Source: Clostridia bacterium
Lineage (GTDB): Bacteria; Bacillota; Clostridia; Christensenellales; Borkfalkiaceae
DNA length: 64,000 nt
Reading direction: 5' to 3'
Assembly: GCA_017467345.1 (NCBI GenBank)
Contig: JAFTSI010000047.1
Span: 2,360-66,359, forward strand
Part shown: in pieces, positions 20,421-30,300 of the stretch
Position numbering within the stretch: the stretch's first letter is position 1
How the letters are laid out: every line of letters starts with the position of its first letter
Program-made: the position numbers and the translations under genes
Notes under the pieces: model-generated
What the model was told of the DNA's origin: nothing
The model's database searches: none
Seen by the model: only the letters and a program-made list of their open reading frames with translations

Positions 20421-20451
20421 AAAAAAAGAACGATTTTTAATCGTTCTTTTT
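20421..20451 (-). terminator. Terminator downstream of tRNA-Gln
   Basis: Stem gaacga/tcgttc flanked by A7 and T6 runs, directly abutting the tRNA 3' end. Confidence 0.65.
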
Positions 20452-20526
20452 TGGCAGGGGTAGCAGGATTTGAACCTACGAATAACGGAGTCAGAGGCCG
20501 TTGCCTTACCGCTTGGCGATACCCCT
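20452..20526 (-). tRNA. tRNA-Gln (anticodon CUG), CCA encoded
   Basis: The reverse complement reads AGGGGTATCGCCAAGCGGTAAGGCAACGGCCTCTGACTCCGTTATTCGTAGGTTCAAATCCTGCTACCCCTGCCA. It has a 7-bp acceptor stem, a Gln-type D-arm (GCCAAGCGGTAAGGC), anticodon loop CTCTGAC and a GGTTCAAATCC T-arm. Confidence 0.9.
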
Positions 20527-20540
20527 ATAAAACTAAAATT

Positions 20541-20569
20541 ATTTTAGCACTACCAAAAATATTTTTCAA
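20541..20569 (-). promoter_or_regulatory. Promoter of tRNA-Gln
   Basis: Minus strand TTGAAA, 17-nt spacer, TAAAAT, ending about 14 nt before the mature 5' end. Confidence 0.5.
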
Positions 20570-20690
20570 GTAATTTAACGGTGGATTTTTTTAATTTATA
20601 AAATGAACATATTAGCATATATAAATATGAACAAATGAAAATGTGAACATATAATCAAAAAAGGGTAAAAAAGAAAAGTGGGTCAAATGA

Positions 20691-20720
20691 TTGACAAAGC
20701 GGTAAATGTTATGGTATTAT
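20691..20720 (+). promoter_or_regulatory. Promoter of the T-box leader
   Basis: TTGACA (20691..20696), 18-nt spacer, TATTAT (20715..20720). Confidence 0.55.
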
Positions 20721-20743
20721 AGCGATAACTTAATAAAAAAACT

Positions 20744-21003
20744 ATGACGAAGAGTGGTTTGCTAAGTAGTTTCAAAGAGATACGGCGTTTGGTGAAAGTT
20801 CGTAAAACGGTAGGCAAAACCTGTAACTTCCGAGTTGGAAGAAGAAATCGCAAGAGAGTAGAACTTTCCCGTGTGTGCTACGAAAGTGCATAGGAATTGA
20901 TAGATTCCAAAAAGTGGCGTGGGAACGCAATTTGAGTGGTACCGCGGGTGTGATAATAAACAATGCTCCCGTCTCAAAGCAAGTGCTTTGAGGCGGGATT
21001 TTT
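20744..21003 (+). promoter_or_regulatory. T-box riboswitch leader (tRNA-sensing transcription attenuator)
   Basis: K-turn-like TGACGAAG...CTTCCGAG, AG bulge AAAGAGA and distal loop TTGGTGAAAG. The T-box sequence AATTTGAGTGGTACCGCGGG lies at 20929..20948. Terminator stem cccgtctcaaagc/gctttgaggcggg plus a T-run lies at 20968..21003. Confidence 0.85.
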
Positions 21004-21022
21004 CGTTAAAGGAGAAAAGGTA

Positions 21023-23317
21023 ATGAAAGGAAACAGCGAACTTGATTTAAAAATCAAGGAGATGGGCGCGAGAATTAAAGAACTTCGTGAAATTGAAGGC
21101 TTGACCACGGCGCAAATGGCATCAAAAACAGATGTTTCGGTAAGTGAATACGAAGCGTGCGAAAAGGGCGAAATGGATTTAAACTTTGCCTTTATTTATA
21201 GATGTGCAAATGCCCTTTCGGTCAATGTAACCGATATTATTGAAGGTTATAGCCCCACGCTTAAATCATACACTTTAACAAGGTTTGGTAAAGGTCAAAA
21301 AATCGCGCAAGCGCACGGTATGACATACTATAACCTTGCCTATGCTTTTAAAAACCGTATTGCAGAGCCACTTTATGTTCGCTCTACCTATTCTGCCGAA
21401 GCGCAAAATGAAGAGATTGAATGCACTACTCACGCAGGTCAAGAATGCGATATCGTTATTGATGGCTATTTAAAAGTTAAGGTGGGCGACCACGAAGAAG
21501 TGTTAGGCCCAGGCGATAGCATTTACTATGACAGTTCAACTCCACACGGTATGATAGCCGTAAATGGTAAAGACTGTATTTTCTATGCAATCGTATTAAA
21601 CCCCACGGGCGAACCTATTCCAGAGTTTGATGAGAACTTAAAGCCTGTTGAAAAAACCGAAAGCGCGCCTGTTAAAGACGATAAGGAAAGGATTTGGCAT
21701 AAATATATAGATGTAGAAGAAAACGAAAAGGGCACTCCCACCAAGATTGAGTTCAAAAACACCGAAAACTTTAACTTTGCTTTTGACCTTGTTGACGCAC
21801 TTGCCGATAGAGAGCCCGATAAACTTGCAATGCTACACATTTCTAAAGACTTAACGGAACGCCGTATAACCTTTATGGATGTTAAGCGCGAATCTTCAAG
21901 ATGCGCAAACTATTTTAAGTCGTTAGGCATAAAGAAGGGCGATAAGGTAATGCTTGTATTAAAGCGCCATTATCAATTCTGGTATGCTATGATAGGCTTA
22001 AACAAACTTGGCGCGATAGCAATACCTGCAACCAACCAACTCCAAGAACACGATTTTGAGTATAGGTTTAAGTCGGCAGAAGTATCGGCAGTAATTTGCA
22101 CGGCAGATGGCGACACGGCAGAGCAAATTGACCTTGCGTCTAAAACTTGCCCCAACCTTAAACATAAATTAATAGTAAACGGTAGCCGTGATGGTTGGCG
22201 TAATTTTGATGAAGAATGCGCAATGTTCCGTTCGGTATACCCAAGAACGGAAGACGCACCTTGTGGCGACGACCCACTTTTAATGTTCTTCACATCAGGA
22301 ACAAGTGGCTATCCAAAAATGGCACTACACAACCATAAATACCCACTTGGCCATTTCCATACTGCTAAATACTGGCACAATGTTGACACCGAAGGCTTGC
22401 ACTTTACCATAAGTGATACAGGCTGGGCAAAATCAATGTGGGGTAAATTATACGGGCAATGGCTATGCGAAGCGGCAACTTTTGTATTTGACTTTGATAG
22501 GTTTGACGCAAAAGAAATATTGCCTATGTTCGCAAAACATAAAATTACCACTTTCTGCGCTCCACCAACAATGCTCCGTATGCTTATAAAGCAAGATATT
22601 TCGCAATACGATTTTTCTTCTGTTAAGCATATGACAACGGCAGGCGAAGCCCTAAACCCAGAAGTATATTATCAATTTGAAAAACTTACAGGCTTAAAGA
22701 TTATGGAAGGCTTTGGCCAATCTGAAAGCACAATGATGATAGGTAACCTAACAGGCCAAAAGAACAAACTTGGCTCAATGGGTAAGCCTGCGCCTATCTA
22801 TGATATAGATCTAATTGATAGCGACGGCAAGTCAGTTGCCGTAGGTGAAGTAGGCGAAATAGTAGTAAATGTTGAAAAGGGCGCGCCGTGTGGTCTTTTT
22901 GGTGGCTACTATATGGATTTTGATAAAACTATGGAAGTTTGGCACGACGGGTATTACCACACAGGCGATACTGCTTGGCGTGACGAAGATGGCTATTACT
23001 GGTATGTTGGTAGAGTAGATGATGTTATAAAATCAAGTGGCTATCGTATAGGGCCGTTTGAAATTGAAAGCGTTATTATGGAACTACCATATGTATTAGA
23101 ATGCGGTGTTTCGGCAGAGCCCGACGAAGTGAGGGGTCAAGTAGTAAAAGCAAGCATAGTTTTAGTTGAAGGAACTGAAAAAACCGAAGAATTAAAGAAA
23201 GAAATTCAAAACTATGTAAAAGAAAAAACTGCACCCTATAAATACCCAAGAATAGTAGTTTTCCGTGATGAACTTCCCAAAACAACAAGTGGCAAAATCA
23301 TTAGGAATAAACTATAA
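21023..23317 (+). CDS. Fusion protein: XRE-family HTH + cupin domain (about 200 aa) + AMP-forming acyl-CoA synthetase/ligase
   Basis: The N-terminus has an HTH_3-like LREIEGLTTAQMASKTDVSVSEYEACEKG and a cupin H..G.E..V..G...V motif. The C-terminus has FFTSGTSGYPK, TGDTAWRDEDGYYWYVGRVDDVIKSSGYRIGPFEIES and PKTTSGKI (ANL superfamily). A GGAG RBS precedes the ATG at 21023. Confidence 0.85.
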   Translation: MKGNSELDLKIKEMGARIKELREIEGLTTAQMASKTDVSVSEYEACEKGEMDLNFAFIYRCANALSVNVTDIIEGYSPTLKSYTLTRFGKGQKIAQAHGMTYYNLAYAFKNRIAEPLYVRSTYSAEAQNEEIECTTHAGQECDIVIDGYLKVKVGDHEEVLGPGDSIYYDSSTPHGMIAVNGKDCIFYAIVLNPTGEPIPEFDENLKPVEKTESAPVKDDKERIWHKYIDVEENEKGTPTKIEFKNTENFNFAFDLVDALADREPDKLAMLHISKDLTERRITFMDVKRESSRCANYFKSLGIKKGDKVMLVLKRHYQFWYAMIGLNKLGAIAIPATNQLQEHDFEYRFKSAEVSAVICTADGDTAEQIDLASKTCPNLKHKLIVNGSRDGWRNFDEECAMFRSVYPRTEDAPCGDDPLLMFFTSGTSGYPKMALHNHKYPLGHFHTAKYWHNVDTEGLHFTISDTGWAKSMWGKLYGQWLCEAATFVFDFDRFDAKEILPMFAKHKITTFCAPPTMLRMLIKQDISQYDFSSVKHMTTAGEALNPEVYYQFEKLTGLKIMEGFGQSESTMMIGNLTGQKNKLGSMGKPAPIYDIDLIDSDGKSVAVGEVGEIVVNVEKGAPCGLFGGYYMDFDKTMEVWHDGYYHTGDTAWRDEDGYYWYVGRVDDVIKSSGYRIGPFEIESVIMELPYVLECGVSAEPDEVRGQVVKASIVLVEGTEKTEELKKEIQNYVKEKTAPYKYPRIVVFRDELPKTTSGKIIRNKL

Positions 23318-23329
23318 AAAATGGCTTTC

Positions 23330-23359
23330 AAAAACCGTGGCAATCGCCACGGTTTTTTT
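23330..23359 (+). terminator. Intrinsic terminator
   Basis: Stem ccgtggc/gccacgg with flanking A5 and T7. Confidence 0.8.
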
Positions 23360-23444
23360 AGTTATATTTTATTCGCGTTGCTCATAAAAGTTTTGGTGTA
23401 AATTATAATTAAAACCACAACTTTGGCGCAAGCCAAAATATTAC
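23360..23444. repeat. Motif/hairpin element B, an inverted copy of the core of element D
   Basis: 23360..23444 aligns to the reverse complement of 31995..32080 with about 6 differences in about 86 nt. Confidence 0.8.
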
Positions 23445-23704
23445 TCTTTTGCTTTGCGAAATTACCCATTATATATTCTATATATAAAGTTTAACTAAAA
23501 AAGTCATTATTTATTACTCAAAGTATAATAAAAAGGTGTAAACTTTAATATTATACTTGCTTTTAATTTTTTTTGATATAAAATTATTATGATGCAAAAT
23601 ATAAAGTAGGGAAAAGTCTGCATTTTTTCGTAAGCCCAAATGGTTTAAGTAAAACTTAAAAGGCAAAGCCCTATGGCAAATAATTAGTAAAAAGGAGAAA
23701 CCTG

Positions 23705-26700
23705 ATGAACACGAAATTTTCGCTTAATAACAAAACGAGAAATGTTTTGATTATTATTTTATCGTTTCTAATGGTATTATCGGCAAGTATCGGCGCGCTT
23801 TCACTTGTAAACAAGGCAAAAGCCGCTTCATATGACTTCGTTATGGTAAGCGATTCAATGGACACGAAGTATCAAGCCCACTGGCGTATAGGTCAAAACC
23901 AAACTGTAAGTGGTGAAACTTATGGTCTTTGGTCGTTTGGTGTTGGCGATATTGCTGCGGGTGGTAGTTATAGTTACACCCAAGCAACTTTTGATAATTC
24001 GGCTGGGAACTACGGCTATACCACAGGCACTGCTCACTCATTCTACTGGGGCGAAAGTGTAAACACCCGCCTTTATAGCAGTTCAAAAACCCAAAGTATG
24101 TTTAGATACTATGCAAATGCTGCGGGCTCTGTAGTATTCTCTGGCTTGATTTCAAAAGCAACCACCGATAAGCAAGACCTTGGTGGGACTCAAAACGGCT
24201 ACGATAAATTATGGATTGCAGGCCCTAACTGGGGTAACGGCGATTATAACTGGGTAAGTGGTCAAGCATACTCTATCGGTATGTATAAGGTAGATGGTCA
24301 AACTGGCGCAGTTACTGCAATTAACGAAAAATCGTATAGTAGCGAATTCGTTTACCTTGTTCCAAAAGACCCTATCACCGTAAAAGCAGGTGATGAAATA
24401 TACTTCACCTATAAGTGCACGGCAACTTCAGATGAATATAAAACTACTGCTATTGCGCTTTTCACCAGTCAATTCACTCTTGACCCAAGTAGCGGAGAAA
24501 CGGGTGGTTCTACAACCACCACTGGTGGCGACTATGTGTTCTTCAACCAAGCAGGAACTGATGGCCTTAACGATAAGTATATAAGCCACTGGAAAGCAGG
24601 TCAAAGCCAACACATTTCTGGCGAAACCAACGGAACTTGGCAATTTGGTAGTGGTGATGTTTCTACCAGCAAGGCATTGAGTTTTACTGCTGCAAGCGTA
24701 GGCACGGCAGATGCTGATGGAAACCGTGTATATACAAGTGGCTCTAACCACAACTTATATTATCAATCTTGCGCATACAACGCGCTTTACTCAACTGCAA
24801 GCACGCAAACAATGTATGTTTTAACTGCTGAACAAAAAGCGACCTTTGTTTTCTCTGGCTTAATTTCAAAAGCAACAAGCAACAAAGAGCAACTTGCAGG
24901 AACTCAAAACAACTATAACCCTGTATGGATTGCAGGTGTTAACCATACCGATGCTGCTTATAACTGGGCAAACGGTCACTCATACACCGTTGGTATGTAT
25001 AAGGTAGCATCAACAGGAACTGTAACCAAAATTCACGAAAACACCTTTACAAGCGAATATGCTTGGCTTGTTCCACAAACCGAACATGTATTAAACGCAG
25101 GCGATAAGATGGTGTTCACCATTAAATGTAACGCCGCTGCAGATGTAAACGCTACTGGAACATTAGTTCTTTTAAGTAGCAAAGCAGTAGAATATGTAGA
25201 AAACCCTGATGTAGTTGTTCCTGATGAACCAGAAGACACCCGTCCTGAAACTTTAGACGACATTATAACTACAAGTGGCTTTACTAAAATTGCTCACTAC
25301 AAGTTCGCAAACAACGGCACGGTAGCAACCGATAGCCTTGGCAACTACAACTTAACCAACAGTGGTATCGCAGTAGATTCAACTCTTGGTGGCGCAAAAC
25401 TTTCGGGAACATCTTTCATGTATGCTCCTGCAATCGCGCAAGACGGCTCTGATTTTAGTGATGCTGTAAAGGGAAGTTTCTCTGTAAGTTTCAAAGCACG
25501 CGCTATTCTTTCTAACGACGAAACTGGTCATCATATGTTATTCGGCACAGGCCTTAACGCAGATGGAGATGAATGTTTTGGTGTTTCTTGGCAAGGTAAC
25601 GACTTAGTAGTTATTGCAAGTGGCCAAGAATATAGGATAGACAATGCAAAAATTGAAAACGATATGGGTGAAACCGAAACCCTTAAAATGCTTGATGAAA
25701 CGGCATCTTGGTATCGCTATACCATTATCTATAACGAAAACAATAACGGTGCAATTACCTTAACTATTCGCGTTGATAGATTTACCGACGCAGGTATGTA
25801 TGGCACAATGACTGTTATTACCCAAAAAACCTTAAAAAATAAAATATCGTTTGGTGGTAGTTTAGAATACGGCTTTGCGATCGGCGCATCAACAACCCTT
25901 GGTGCATATCAAGAAAACTTTGCAAGTGGCTATGATTTTGAAGGCAACGCATTCTCTCCAAACATTGCAGATTTGCGCATTTATTCAGGTGTAATTGATG
26001 ATGCTGAAATACTACAAATTTGGAAAGATGATGAAGGTGCTAACTGGTTTGACCGTTCTGCAACCTATTCAATGACCATTGAAAACGACGCTAACGGTGG
26101 TATCATTACCGGTGTAAAGAACAATGTTAACTACGGTGTAAACACCAGCCTTAACATTAGTGTTCAAGCAAACACAGGTTACACTATTGCAAGCATTACT
26201 TGGAACGGAACAATGGTTCCTGTAACCAACACTTCTACAATGACCTTTACCAAACAAGTAAAGCAAGATACCACTCTTAGAGTAACCTATAACCGTATTA
26301 AACACCAAGTAACCGTTAAAGAAAACGGAGTTGTTAATAACGAATTAAGTGGCGAATACGGATATATGTCTAAGTTCAGTATCGCAGTTGATGCCGTTCA
26401 AGGTAGCAAAATTACAGGTTGCTATGTAAATGGCGAAGAAATCACACTTGAAGATAGCAGAAGTTTTGCATATGAATTCTATATTCAAGAAGATACTGTT
26501 GTTGAACTCACCTTTGAAAAGATTAAGTATAACCTTAACTTCAAAATCGCTAAAACCACTATTGAAGATGCTGATGAAAACGGCGAAATCGGTAAGATTT
26601 CAAACAGTCAATACAAAAACGATAGAGATAACTTCCCACAAGTTAAATGTGAACTTGGCGAAGAAATGACTATTGAACTTGTTGCTCCAGAAGGAAACGA

Positions 26701-26983
26701 AATAAGGGCAATTACTTGGGGTAAAGAAGTTATTGACTTAACTGAAGATAGTGATGGCGTTGAAATTACTAAAACGGGCGAATTTGTAACTGCTGTAAAA
26801 CTTACCAAAGTTATTGAAGGCAACACTGACCTTAAAATCCACTTCAACCAAGTTGCAGGTGGTGGCGCAGAAGAAGTTGAAATGGCAGGTTGCGAATCTG
26901 GTATTCTTACTATGGAATTAGGTTTAGCAATGTGCTTTATGGCAGGCGCACTTTTAGTTATTAAAAAGGCTAAAAAGAACTAA
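23705..26983 (+). CDS. Large cell-surface protein (1092 aa): signal peptide, 2x novel about 220-aa domain, LamG/concanavalin-like domain, InlB-B-repeat-like modules, C-terminal TM anchor
   Basis: N-terminal hydrophobic signal ending in ...KAKAAS. An internal duplication carries HW[RK].GQ.Q..SGE..G.W.FG.GD and FSGLISKA. The ADLRIYSGVIDDAEI pattern is LamG-like. The C-terminus LGLAMCFMAGALLVIKKAKKN is a TM helix plus basic tail, with no LPXTG. Confidence 0.75.
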   Translation: MNTKFSLNNKTRNVLIIILSFLMVLSASIGALSLVNKAKAASYDFVMVSDSMDTKYQAHWRIGQNQTVSGETYGLWSFGVGDIAAGGSYSYTQATFDNSAGNYGYTTGTAHSFYWGESVNTRLYSSSKTQSMFRYYANAAGSVVFSGLISKATTDKQDLGGTQNGYDKLWIAGPNWGNGDYNWVSGQAYSIGMYKVDGQTGAVTAINEKSYSSEFVYLVPKDPITVKAGDEIYFTYKCTATSDEYKTTAIALFTSQFTLDPSSGETGGSTTTTGGDYVFFNQAGTDGLNDKYISHWKAGQSQHISGETNGTWQFGSGDVSTSKALSFTAASVGTADADGNRVYTSGSNHNLYYQSCAYNALYSTASTQTMYVLTAEQKATFVFSGLISKATSNKEQLAGTQNNYNPVWIAGVNHTDAAYNWANGHSYTVGMYKVASTGTVTKIHENTFTSEYAWLVPQTEHVLNAGDKMVFTIKCNAAADVNATGTLVLLSSKAVEYVENPDVVVPDEPEDTRPETLDDIITTSGFTKIAHYKFANNGTVATDSLGNYNLTNSGIAVDSTLGGAKLSGTSFMYAPAIAQDGSDFSDAVKGSFSVSFKARAILSNDETGHHMLFGTGLNADGDECFGVSWQGNDLVVIASGQEYRIDNAKIENDMGETETLKMLDETASWYRYTIIYNENNNGAITLTIRVDRFTDAGMYGTMTVITQKTLKNKISFGGSLEYGFAIGASTTLGAYQENFASGYDFEGNAFSPNIADLRIYSGVIDDAEILQIWKDDEGANWFDRSATYSMTIENDANGGIITGVKNNVNYGVNTSLNISVQANTGYTIASITWNGTMVPVTNTSTMTFTKQVKQDTTLRVTYNRIKHQVTVKENGVVNNELSGEYGYMSKFSIAVDAVQGSKITGCYVNGEEITLEDSRSFAYEFYIQEDTVVELTFEKIKYNLNFKIAKTTIEDADENGEIGKISNSQYKNDRDNFPQVKCELGEEMTIELVAPEGNEIRAITWGKEVIDLTEDSDGVEITKTGEFVTAVKLTKVIEGNTDLKIHFNQVAGGGAEEVEMAGCESGILTMELGLAMCFMAGALLVIKKAKKN

Positions 26984-26996
26984 TTAAAATCTAACG

Positions 26997-27026
26997 AAAA
27001 ACACGGCGAAATCGCCGTGTTTTTTT
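26997..27026 (+). terminator. Intrinsic terminator
   Basis: Stem acacggcg/cgccgtgt followed by a T-run. Confidence 0.8.
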
Positions 27027-27027
27027 G

Positions 27028-27152
27028 TTTGCCTTTCGGCAAATAAAAGGTGATATGCAAAACTTGTTTTGCGTTCAAAACAGAATATAACTTTTTATCT
27101 TTTGATAAAAAATATAACTTAAAAAATGCCACGCATTTTTGCCAAATATCGC
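27028..27152. repeat. Motif/hairpin array C
   Basis: Reads: hairpin tttgcc/ggcaaa, GTGATAT, hairpin gcaaaac/gttttgc, AATATAACT, hairpin ttttatc/gataaaa, AATATAACT, hairpin aaaaatgc/gcattttt, AATATCGC. Confidence 0.7.
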
Positions 27153-27267
27153 CATAATTTTCGCACCATAAAAAGCATAAAAACAACCCTAAAAAATTAT
27201 TTATAAATAAAGGCAATTTTTATAAGTAAAAATTAAACAAAAAATGAAAATATTTTTTAAATATTTA

Positions 27268-27296
27268 TTGACAAGTTTTTCCCCTTATATTATAAT
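27268..27296 (+). promoter_or_regulatory. Consensus sigma-70 promoter for the esterase surface protein
   Basis: TTGACA (27268..27273), 17-nt spacer, TATAAT (27291..27296). Confidence 0.65.
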
Positions 27297-27396
27297 GTTT
27301 AGTGAATAATAGGGAATAGTATCACTATGCTTATTTTTAGTGCTTGATATTTTTTAGGTGAATACTTAACCAAAAAAATTGTAAAAGGAGTTTATT

Positions 27397-30300
27397 ATGA
27401 GCTTCAAGGCAAAAAGAACAAGTTTAATAGTTCTTATCGTTCTTTTAGTTGTATCGCTTTTTGGCGCAGTTTGTTTTGGCTTAACTGGCAAAACCAACAC
27501 TGCTGATGCGTATGTAAAAACGATAAGATATGGTTCTAACGGTGTTTATGACTATAACATAAACCATTGGAAAAATGGTCAAGGTCAACGCGTTTCTGGT
27601 CAACCTGAAAATGGTGGAACTTGGTGGTTTGGTTATGGCGACATAAATACAACATCATCAAGTTGGACGCAAACTGCAACTTTCAATAGTGGCAATATCG
27701 GTTTTTATGACCCTGCATCTGGTGGAAGTGGTGCCCAACACGCGCATAATTATTTTTGGGGTTTTAATGCGGCAACCCGTTCATATGCAAGTGCAAGCAC
27801 ACAAACTATGTTTAAGTATCTTGCAGAGGCAGATGGTTTTGTTAAACTTTCTGGCATAATAAGTAAGCATGTGTATAATGGCGTTCATCAATTTGGTTTA
27901 AATAATGAAGGAACGGATGCGGTATGGCTTAACTTTGACTGGGGTGCTCAGGCATCATCTTGGACTTGGAACGATGGCGCAAGTTTTACTATAGGTATTT
28001 GGCGTGTAACTTCTGCTGGTAAAGTTGCTTGTGTTGATGAACAAACCTTTACTTCTGCTTTCCGTTATGATGTTAACCCAAACGGTAATTCTATTGCAGT
28101 AGAAACAGGCGATATTTTATATGTTACAATTAAGTGTAATAATCCTGGAACTGGTAAAGGCGATTGGGATAACACCTGCTTAACACTTTTATCTTCAGAG
28201 TTTACTGAATATACTGCACCTTCTACTGCTTATGCAGATACCGCAGTTGCTGGTTCTACATACTATTCGCATATGACTGGACAAAAGGTTCGTAACGAAG
28301 GCGAAACCAGTGGTTACTGGCGTTATGGCTACGGTGATGCTACAAATGGTGGAACTTACACCTTTACTGAAATGACTTATGGTGCAAGTGGAACTGATAC
28401 ATATAGATATACAAGTTCTACTTCTCATAATATCTTTTGGGCATATCAAGTTAAAACGGGTTTGTATTCTACTTCAAATACTCAAACTTTTTATGAGTGG
28501 ACTGCAGAAGCAGATGGCGCAGTATCATTTACTGGTCTTGTAAAGAAAGCAGATAGTAACACTCGCGTTTTAACTTCTTATCAAAACAACACTGCTAAGA
28601 TAAGCACTTCAGTTCAATTTGACCAAAATCAATTTGGTTGGACAAATGGTGATTCATATACATTAACTATGTATCAAGTTACCAAGGCAGGTGCTGTAAG
28701 TGTTCTATTTGAACAAACCTTTACTAAAGAGTTTGCACTTTTAATCCCAACCGTTTCTATTCATGTTGCAACAGGCGATAGAATAGTATTCGGTTATAAA
28801 TGTAATGCTTTAGTAGGCACCGATACAAGCGCAGTTATCGCTATTAAGGCAAAGGTTACCGACGCAGCTCCCGCACTCGCACAAACCTACTTAAATAAAA
28901 TGGTATTGCAAGCAAATGCAAACACCAAGATTAACGGATTTGGTATTGCAGACAAAACTGTTGAAGTAACTGTTAAAGATTCATCTTCAAATACAATTCA
29001 AACCAAAACTGGTGTTGTTGCAAGCAGTGGCGATTGGACTGTAACCCTTGACCCAATGGCATCTTCTTTTGATAGCAAAACTGTTGAAATTAAGTATACA
29101 GATGGAACTATTGTTAAAACATTAACTGATGTTAGAACTGGTCAAGTATGGCTTTGCTCTGGTCAATCTAATATGGCATACACCTTGGCTGCTCTTATTA
29201 CCGATAGAAAAACTGGCGCAGACCCTTGGCATATGACTAATGATGAAGTTAAGGCAGCAGGTCTTGGCGAATATATTGATAACTACTCAACTGATGTTTA
29301 TAGCAAAGTTCGTTTATATCAAGTAGGTTATAACTCTAAACCTAACGGCGTTGATAAAACTGGAACGCCATATCAATACACTTCAACTCAATGGGCAGAA
29401 AGTGAAACCTTACAACAATGGATGGGCTACTCTGCATACGCTTTAGGCTTTGCATTTAGATTGCAACAAGCATCTGGCGAACCTGTTGGTGTTATTGTTT
29501 CGGCAGTAGGTGGCTCTTCTATTGAAGAATGGTTGTCATCTTCTACCATTACTAACGAAGGCTTATCTGGTGAAATCTATCATAGCCAAACTTCTAAACC
29601 ACAATCACACTTATATAATGGTATGATGTATCCTATTAGAAACTCTACCGTATCTGGTTTGGTTTGGTATCAAGGTTGTGCTGATAGAGGTTGGAATGAT
29701 GATGATACTGCAACGGCAGCACAAGGTAGCGTAAAGGTATGGACCACAAGTTATAGCAAAAAGATGGTTGCTTTTGCTAAACAAGTTCGTAGCGAATTTG
29801 GTGAAAACTTACCTATAATCGTTCAACAATTAGCACAAGATAAAGCATCTTCTAATATTAAGAGAATGTGGCAAACTCAATGGGATTTACAAAATAAAGT
29901 ATCTAACCTTTATGTTTCTACTGGTGTAGGTGCAGGTCTTCCATATTCATATGCTTTAGGTGGCGACCCAACTGATTATGCTAACACTATTCACCCAATG
30001 GATAAATATGGCATTTCTAAAAACGCTGCTAACATTGCAATGAGATATGTTTATGGCGATTTAACTTCTCCAGGTGTTGCTGCATATCCATCAGCAATTT
30101 ATAAATCTGGTAGCAATGTAATTATTGACTACGGCGCAAGCGAAAGTGATGCAGGTTATAAGTTAGTTCTTAAAAATTATTCTACTGTAACTAACCTTGA
30201 AGCATATAACGGCTCTGCTTGGGTTAAAGTTTCTGGCGCTACTATTGATGGAACAAGGGTTATTATTCCTAACGGCTCTTCTTACACCAAAGTAAGATAT

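Noticed and set aside
20117-20526. A tRNA-Gln-associated genomic island or integration site
   Set aside because: No duplicated copy of the tRNA 3' end and no integrase gene is visible on either side. The 42-bp direct repeat nearby belongs to the hairpin array, not to the tRNA.
20594-20650. Three spaced TGAACA-containing repeats (atgaacat, atgaaca, gtgaacat) upstream of the T-box promoter
   Set aside because: They are short, AT-rich and irregularly spaced (24 and 16 nt), with no dyad symmetry. That is insufficient to call a binding site.
20762-20977. Minus-strand ORFs 20762..20977 and 20772..20963
   Set aside because: They overlap the T-box leader RNA, whose conserved elements and terminator explain this region. 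No RBS is present.
20963-21022. The longer start (ATG 20963) for the HTH-cupin-ligase ORF
   Set aside because: That ATG lies just 5 nt upstream of the T-box terminator stem, so the extension would read through the whole hairpin, and it has no RBS. The ATG at 21023 has a GGAG RBS and starts a typical XRE N-terminus.
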